A stretch of DNA of 64,000 nt from Rebecca billardiae RCC1528 (Eukaryota > Protista > Haptophyta), in assembly GCA_965240325.2 (NCBI GenBank), contig OZ251223.1, positions 1,798,001-1,862,000 of the forward strand. The letters are read 5' to 3'. Position numbers and translations under genes: made by a program. This document shows, piece by piece, positions 52,201-61,200 of the stretch. Numbering within the stretch: position 1 is the first letter of the stretch; each line of letters opens with the position of its first letter. Under the pieces are notes generated by a model. That model had not been told where the DNA came from and searched no databases. It saw nothing but the letters and a program-made list of their open reading frames with translations.

Positions 52201-55200
52201 GCCCGACCACGCTGTCGAGGCCGCTGATGTTGAGCGCGCGCAGCTGCACGGTGAGGTTGGCCACGCCCCCCAGCGGCAGCACCAGCGAGACGGTAGGGGC
52301 CAGCTGCGGCACCACGCCCAGCACGCCGCCGGGCACGAACACGCGCGTCAGAGCGCTCACGTCGAGCGTGGGGGGCGAGGGTGAGAGCAGCTCGTCTAGC
52401 TTGTCGATCAGCACTGCCACCGCCTCCACCTCGTGCCACGCCAGCGCCTCTGAGGATGGCGCCGGCAGCTGTGCAGCAGACGACGGCTGCGCTGGGCAGT
52501 CGGTGGAGTTGTCAAACATAGCCACGAGCTGCGCGAGCTGCTCGTCCAGCATCGTGAGCGCAGGCCCACCCAGCGCGGGCGCGAGCAGCGCCTGCGCCTC
52601 AGAGGCCGTCGCCAAGTCCAGCGCCGAGTTGACCATCGCGGCCACGCCCGGCTCGAGCTCCGCCCACGCACGCCCGAGCAGATCGACTGTCGGAGCTGAG
52701 CCAAACGTGCTCACGCCGAGCTCGAGCAACCCCAACGACGCGTTGAGCTGCACCACGCCCAGGGCGGAGGTGTCAAGCCCGCCGAGCGCGCACGCCAGCA
52801 CTCGGCTTGCCGGGTCGTCGACGAGCAGCTGCTCAAACGTGAGGTTGGACAGCAGCGACGGCACCACCGGCACGCTCACCGTCGCAGACGCGCCCACGTC
52901 GTGCACGCCCGCCGACACGACCGCGTCCTCAAACAGCGACACCTCCGTGCCGTCCCACAGCGACAACGACACCGACAGCTGCGCGTGGACGTCCAGCTGC
53001 GCAACCTCGACCGCCGCGTGAAACGACGTGGCGAGCAGCTCCTCCGCAACGTGGGACAGCTCGTCGCTTGATGCAGCCGCCGTCTGCGCGGGTGACAGCT
53101 GCAGCCCGGCCAAGCTGTCCAGGCCACTGATGTTGAGCGCGCGCAGCTGCACGGTGAGGTTGGCCACGCCCTCCAGCGGCAGCACCAGCGAGACCGCTGG
53201 GGCCAGCTGCGGCACCACGCCCAGCACGCCGCCGGGCACGAACACGCGCGTCAGAGCGTTCACGTCGAGTGTGGGGGGTGAGGACGAGAGCAGCTCGTCC
53301 AACTTCTCGCTCAGCACTGCCACCGCCTCCACCTCGTGCCACGCGAGCGCGTCAGGCGATGGCGCCGGCAGCTGTGCAGCAGACGACGGCTGCGCTGGGC
53401 AGTCGGTGGAGTTGTCAAACATAGCCACGACCTGCGCGAGCTGCTCGTCGAGCATCGTGTGCACAGGCCCGCCCAGCGCGGGCGCGAGCAGCGCCTGCGC
53501 CTCCGAGGCCGTCGCCAAGTCCAGCGCCGAGTTGAGCATCGCGGCCACGCCCGGCTCAAGCTCCGCCCACGCACGCCCGAGCAGACCGACTGTCGGAGCT
53601 GAGCCAAACGTGCTCATGCCGAGCTCGAGAGACCCCACCGACGCGTTAAGCTGCACCACGCCCAGGGCGGAGGTGTCCAGCCCGCCCAGCGCGCACGCGA
53701 GCACGCGCGACACCGGGGCGTCGACGAGCAGCTGCTCGAACGTGAGGTTGGACAGCAGCGACGGCACCACCGGCACGCTCACCGTCGCAGACACGCCCAC
53801 GTCGTGCACGCCCGCCGACACGACCGCGTCCTCGAACAGCGACACCTCCGTGCCGTCCCACAACAACAGCGACACCGACAGCTGCGCGCTCACGCCCACT
53901 GAAGACAACTCCACAGCCGCGTGCAGCGAGGAGGCAAGCAGCTCCTTCGCAATGTCAGACAGCTCAGCGGACGACGCGGCGGCCGTCTGCGCGGGTGACA
54001 GATGCAGCCCGGCCAAGCTGTCCAGGCCGCTGATGTTGAGCGCGCTCAGCTGCACCGTGAGGTTGGCCACGCCCTCCAGCGGCAGCACCAGCGAGACGGC
54101 TGGGGCCAGCTGCGGCACCACGCCCAGCACGCCGCCGGGCACGAACACGCGCGTCAGAGCGTTCACGTCAAGCGTGGGGGGCGAGGACGAGAGCAGCTCG
54201 TCCAACTTCTCGCTCAGCACTGCCACCGCCTCCACCTCGTGCCAAGCCAGCGCCTCGGAGGATGGTAGCGGCAGCTGCGCAGCAGACGACGGCTGCACCG
54301 AGCAGTCGGTCGAGTCGTCAAACATAGCCACAACCTGCGCGAGCTGCTCGTCCAGCATCGTGATCGCAGGCCCACCCAGCGCGGGCGAGAGCAGCGCCTG
54401 CGCCTTTGAGGCCGTCAACAGGCCCGGCGCCGAGTTGAGCATCGCGGTCACGCCCGGCTCGAGCTCCGCCCACGCACGCCCGGGCCAGCCGGCCCATGTC
54501 AGTAGACCAAGCGTGCCGATGCCCAGCTCGAGCGACCCCACCGACGCGTTGAGCTGCACCACGCCCAGGGCGGAGGTGTCCAGCCCGCCCAGCGCGCACG
54601 CCAGCACTCGGCTTGCCGGGGCGTCGACGAGCAGCTGCTCGAACGTGAGGTTGGACAGCAGCGACGGCACCACCGGCACGCTCACCGTCGCAGACGCGCC
54701 CACGTCGTGCATGCCAGCCGACACGACTGCGTCCTCAAACAGCGACACCTCCGTGCCGTCCCACAACAACAGCGACACCGACAGCTGCGCGCTCACGCCC
54801 ACCGAGGACAACTCGACAGCCGCGTGCAGCGAGGTGGCGAGCAGCTCGTCCACAATACCTGACAGCTCAGCGGACGACGCGGCGGCCGTCTGCGCGGGTG
54901 ACAGCTGCAGCCCGGCCAAGCTGTCCAGGCCGCTGATGTTGAGCGCGCTCAGCTGCATCGTGAGGTTGGCCACGCCCTCCAGCGGCAGCACCAGCGAGAC
55001 CGCTGGGGCCAGCTGCGGCACCACGCCCAGCACGCCGCCGGGCACTAACACGCGCGTCAGAGCGTTCACGTCGAGTGTGGGGGGCGAGGACGAGAGCAGC
55101 TCGTCCAACTTCTCGCTCAGCACTGCCACCGCCTCCACCTCGTGCCACGCGAGCGCGTCAAGCGATGGCGCCGGCAGCTGTGCAGCAGACGACGGCTGCG

Positions 55201-58200
55201 CCGGGCAGTCGGTCGAGTTGTCAAACATAGCCACGAGCTGCGAGAGCTGCTCGTCGAGCATCGTGTGCACAGGCCCACCCAGCGCGGGCGCGAGCAGCGC
55301 CTGCAACCGCGAGGCCGTCACCAAGTCCAGCGCCGAGTTGACCATCGCGGTCACGCCCACCTCGAGCTCCGCCCACGCACGCCCGAGCAGACCGACTGTC
55401 GGAGCTGAGCCAAACGTGCTCACGCCGAGCTCGAGCGACCCCACCGACGCGTTGAGCTGCACCACACCCAGGGCGGAGGTGTCAAGCCCGCCCAGCGCGC
55501 ACGCTAGTACTCGGCTTGCCGGGTCGTCGACGAGCAGCTGCTCGAACGTGAGGTTGGACAGCAGCGACGGCACCACCGGCACGCTCACCGTCGCAGATAC
55601 GCCCATGTCGGGCACGCCAGCCGACACGACCGCGTCCTCAAACAGCGACACCTCCGTGCCGTCCCACAGCGACAGCGACACCGACAGCTGCGCGCTCACG
55701 TCCAGCTGCGCGAACTCGACAGCCGCGTGAAACGAGGTGGCGAGCAGCTCGGCTGCAACGTTGGACAGCTCGTCGGCAGTCGCAGTGGCTGCCGGTGCGA
55801 GCTGCAGCCCGGCCACGCTGTCGAGGCCGCTGATGTTGAGCGCGCTCAGCTGCACCGTGAGGTTGGCCACGCCCTCCAGCGGCAGCACCAGCGAGACGGC
55901 CGGGGCCAGCTGCGGCACCACGCCCAGCACGCCGCCGGGCACGAACACGCGCGTCAGAGCGTTCACGTCGAGCGTGGGGGGCGAGGATGAGAGCAGCTCG
56001 TCCAGCTTCTCGCTCAGCACTGCCACCGCCTCCACCTCGTGCCACGCCAGCGCCTCGGAGGATGGCGCCGGCAGCTGTGCAGCAGATGATGGCTGCGCAG
56101 GGCACTCGCCCGACTGTTGCCCTTGGCCAACAAGTCGAGAGAGTTGCTCATCCAACAGCGTGCGCACGGGCCCACCAAGCGCAGGCGCGATCAGCGCCAG
56201 CACGCCATCAGCTGTGATCACGCCGAGCCCTGCGTCGAGCATGGCGATGGCTGGAGCCGCCGCTTCTGCCCAAGCGCGGCCAGGCCAGCCGCTCTTCGCG
56301 GGCACGCCAAACGTGCCGATGCCGAGCTCGATCGCGCCCGCCGAGAAATTCAGCTGCGCCAAGCCGAGCCCGGCTGCGTCCACCGCGCCGAGCGCGCACG
56401 CCAGCACGCGCGTCACCGGATCGTCGACGAGCAGCTGCTCGAACGTGAGGTTGGACAGCAGCGACGGCACCACCGGCACGCTCACCGTCGCAGACGCGCC
56501 CACGTCGTGCACGCCCGCCGACACGACGGCGTCCTCGAACAGCGACAGCTCCGTGCCGTCCCACAAAACCGCAGACAAAGACAGCTGCGCGCTCACGTGC
56601 AGCTGTGCGGCATCGACAGCCACGTGGAGCGAGGTGGCGAGCAGCTCGTCGGCCATCGTCGCGAGCTCGCTGCTGGACGTAGCCACCGTGCCCGCCGGGG
56701 CGAGGAGCATGTTGCGGAGGCTGTCGAGCCCGCTCACGTTCATGGCGCTGACGTTCACCGTCACGTTGCCGAGGGAGCCCAACGGAAGAGTCAGCGTGAG
56801 GGGTGGCATCAAACGAGGCACCACGCCCAGCACGCCATCAGGCAAGAAGACGCGCGTCAGAGCGTTGACGTCGAGCGTGGGGGGCGAGGACGAGAGCAGC
56901 TCGTCTAGCTTGTCGCTCAGCACTGCCACCGCCTCCACCTCGTGCCACGCCAGCGCGCCGGGCGATGGCGGCGGCAGGCTTGCAGCGGACGACGGCTGCG
57001 CAGGACAGTCGACAGCACCCTCAAGCCAACCCGCACTCAGCACGAGCTGCTCGTCCAGCAGCGCGCGCAGCGGGCCACCCAGCACGGGCGAGAGCAGCGC
57101 CTGCGCCTCCGAGGCCGTCACCAGGCCCAGCCCCGCGTTGAGCAATGCGCTCATGCCCGCCTCCAACTCCGCCCACGCACGCCCGAGCCCGCCCGTCGGT
57201 GACGCCCAACCGGACGTGCTCACTCTGAGTTCGAGGCCTGCCAAAGAAGAGTTGAGCTGCACCACGCCCAGCGACGCCGAGTCCAGCCCGCCCAGCGCGC
57301 ACGCCAGCACACGCGACACCGGGTCGTCGACGAGCAGCTGCTCGAACGTGAGGTTGGACAGCAGCGACGGCACCACCGGCACGCTCACCGTCGCAGACAC
57401 GCCCACATCGTGCGCGCCCGCCGACACGACTGCGTCCTCAAACAGCGACACCTCCGTGCCGTCCCACAGCGACAACGACACCGAGAGCTGCGCGCTCACG
57501 TCCAGCTGCGCGACCTCGACAGCCGCGTGCAGCGAGGTGGCGAGCAGCTCGTCCGCAATACCTGACAGCTCGTCGCTCGATGCAGCTGCCATCTGCGCGG
57601 GTGCGAGCTGCAGCCCGGCCACGCTGTCCAGGCCACTGATGTTGAGCGCGCTCAGCTGCACCGTGAGGTTGGCCACGCCCTCCAGCGGCAGCACCAGCGA
57701 GACCGCTGGGGCCAGCTGCGGCACCACGCCCAGCACGCCGCCGGGCACGAACACGCGCGTCAGAGCGTTCACGTCGAGCATGGGGGGCGAGGATGAGAGC
57801 AGCTCGTCCAGCTTGTCGCTCAGCACTGCCACCGCCTCCACCTCGTGCCACGCCAGCGCGTTGGGCGATGGCGCCAGTGGGAGGCTCGCCGCGAGGGTCG
57901 GCTGAGCAGGGCAGTCACCAGCCTCCAGCTGCGAGAGCTGCTGGTCCAGCATCGAATGCACGGGCCCATCGAGCGCGGGTGTAAGCAGCGCCTGCACATC
58001 TGCAGTGGTGACCATGCTCAACACCGTGTTGAGCAAGGCCGTTGTGACCGCCTCGACTTCAGCCCACGCCTGCCCAAGCCAGCTATCCGTCGGAACCGCC
58101 GCAGTTGCACCGATGCCCAGCTCGAGCGACCCCACCGACGCGTTGAGCTGCACCACGCGCAGGGCGGAGGTGTCAAGCCCGCCCAGCGCGCACGCCAGCA

Positions 58201-61200
58201 CTCGGCTTGCCGGGTCGTCGACGAGCAGCTGCTCAAACGTGAGGTTGGACAGCAGCGACGGCACCACCGGCACGCTCACCGTCGCAGACGCGCCCACGTC
58301 GTGCGCGCCCGCCGACACGACCGCGTCCTCAAACAGCGACACCTCAGTGCCGTCCCACAACAACAGCGACACCGACAGCTGCGCGCTCACGTTGAGCTGC
58401 GCGACCTCGACCGCCGCGTGCAGCGAGGTGGCGAGCAGCTCGGCTGCAACGTTGGACAGCTCGTCGGCGGTCGCAGTGGCTGCGGGTGCGAGCTGCAGCC
58501 CGGCCAAGCTGTCCAGGCCGCTGATGTTTAGCGCGCGCAGCTGCACCGTGAGGTTGGCCACGCCCTCCAGCGGCAGCACCAGCGAGACGGTAGGGGCCAG
58601 CTGCGGCGCCACGCCCAGCACGCCGCCGGGCACCAACACGCGAGTAAAAGCGTTCACGTCGAGCGTGGGGGGCGAAGATGAGAGCAGCTCGTCCAGCTTC
58701 TCGCTCAGCACTGCCACCGCCTCCACCTCGTGCCACGCCAGCGCACCGGGCGATGACGACGGCAGCTGTGCAGCAGACGACGGCTGCGCTGGGCAGTCGG
58801 TCGAGTTGTCAAACATAGCCACGAGCTGCGCGAGCTGCTCGTCCAGCATCGTGAGCGCAGGCCCGCCCAGCGCGGGCGCGAGCAGCGCCTGCGCCTCCGA
58901 GGCCGTCGCCAAGTCCAGCGCCGAGTTGAGCATCGCGGTCACGCCTGGCTCGAGCTCCGCCCACGCACGCCCGAGCAGACCGACTGTCGGAGCTGAGCCA
59001 AACGTGCTCACGCCGAGCTCGAGCGACCCCACTGACGCGTTAAGCTGCACCACGCCCAGGGCGGAGGTGTCAAGCCCGCCGAGCGCGCACGCTAGTACTC
59101 GGCTTGCCGGGTCGTCGACGAGCAGCTGCTCGAACGTGAGGTTGGACAGCAGCGACGGCACCACCGGCACGCTCACCGTCGCAGACGCGCCCACGTCGTG
59201 CACGCCCGCCGACACGACCGCGTCCTCGAACAGCGACACCTCCGTGCCGTCCCACAAAACCGCAGACAAAGACAGGTGTGCGCTCACGCCCACCGAGGAC
59301 AACTCGACAGCCGCGTGCAGCGAGGTGGCGAGCAGCTCGTCCGCAATTCCTGCCAGCTCGTCGCTCGATGCAGCCGCCATCTGCGCGGGTGACAGATGCA
59401 GCCCGGCCACGCTGTCCAGGCCGCTGATGTTGAGCGCGCGCAGCTGCACGGTGAGGTTGGCCACGCCCTCCAGCGGCAGCACCAGCGAGACGGCTGGGGC
59501 CAGCTGCGGCACCACGCCCAGCACGCCGCCGGGCACGAGGACGCGCGTCAGAGCGTTCACGTCGAGCGTGGGGGGCGAGGATGAGAGCAGCTCGTCCAGC
59601 TTGTCGCTCAGCACTGCCACCGCCTCCACCTCGTGCCACGCCAGCGCCTCGGAGGATGGTAGCGGCAGGGGTGCTGCGGATGATGGCTGCGCAGGGCACT
59701 TGCCCTCCCCTTCGGCGATCGCGCCGAGCCCTTCGAGCTGCTCGTTGAGCATCGCGTGCACGGTGCCGTCCAACAAATCCCCAAGCGATGCGTACAGCTG
59801 TGGGGCCAGCTCCGCGGCAGCCACACCCAGCAGGGCGTTCACCGCGGCCTCCGCAGCTGCCCACACGGCCCCGCTCAAGCCGCCGACGAGCGGCGCGGCA
59901 AAGCTCCCGGCAGTGATATTGAGCTGCACCACGCCCAGGGCGGAGGTGTCCAGCCCGCCCAGCGCGCACGCCAGCACTCGGCTTGCCGGGGCGTCGACGA
60001 GCAGCTGCTCGAACGTGAGGTTGGACAGCAGCGACGGCACCACCGGCACGCTCACCGTCGCAGATACGCCCACGTCGTGCACGCCCGCCGACACGACCGC
60101 GTCCTCAAACAGCGACACCTCCGTGCCGTCCCACAAAACCGCAGACAAAGACAGCTGCGCGCTCACGCCCACCGAGGACAACTCGACAGCCGCGTGCAGC
60201 GAGGTGGCGAGCAGCTCGTCCGCAATTCCTGACAGCTCGTCGCTCGATGCAGCCGCCGTCTGCGCGGGTGACAGATGCAGCCCGGCCACGCTGTCCAGGC
60301 CGCTGATGTTGAGCGCGCTCAGCTGCACCGTGAGGTTGGCCACGCCCTCCAGCGGCAGCACCAGCGAGACGGTAGGGGCCAGCTGCGGCACCACGCCCAG
60401 CACGCCGCCGGGCACGAACACGCGCGTCAGAGCGTTCACGTCGAGCGTGGGGGGCGAGGACGAGAGCAGCTCGTCCAGCTTCTCGCTCAGCACTGCCACC
60501 GCCTCCACCTCGTGCCACGCGAGCGCGTCGGGCGATGGCGGCGGCAGGCTCGCCGCGGCCGACGGCTGCGCGGGGCAGACGGCGGCCGTGTCCGCCATCT
60601 CGAGCAGGCTGCCGAGCTGCTCGTCGAGCAAGGCGTGCACGGGGCCGTCGAGCACAGCGTGGAGCAGCGCGTCGATCGCGCCTGTCGACGCCCCAAAGGC
60701 GGCACTCGCGACCGCCGCCAGAGCGCTGTCCAACTCCGGCCACGGCGCGAGCACGCCCAGCGTGGGGCTTGAGAGGAGCCCGACGCTCGCGTTGAGCTGT
60801 GCCACGCCGAGCGTCGCCGTGTCCACGCCTCGGAGCGCGCAAGCCAGCAGGCGGCCCGGCTCCGCCGCCTGCTCGCCGCGTGGCACGAGCTGCTCGAGCG
60901 TGAGGTTGGCCAGCAGCTCGGGCAGCATTGGCACGCTCACCGTCGCTGAGAGCCCGAGGTCGTGCAGCGAGAGGCTCAGCGGCTGCTCGGCCGTCGTGCG
61001 AGCGCGCAGGCCATCGAGGAGAGCCAGCGAGTCGTCGGGCCCCACGTAGCGCACGCCGACCTCCACGCCCAGCTCGACGTCGAGCCGGTCGAGCAGCGCC
61101 TCGAGGTGCAAGGAGGTGCGCTGCACGTCTGCGCTGAGCGCGCCGAGCGCCGCGCTCGACGACATGGCCGCTGGCATCAGCTGCAGGGCGCGCACGCTGT

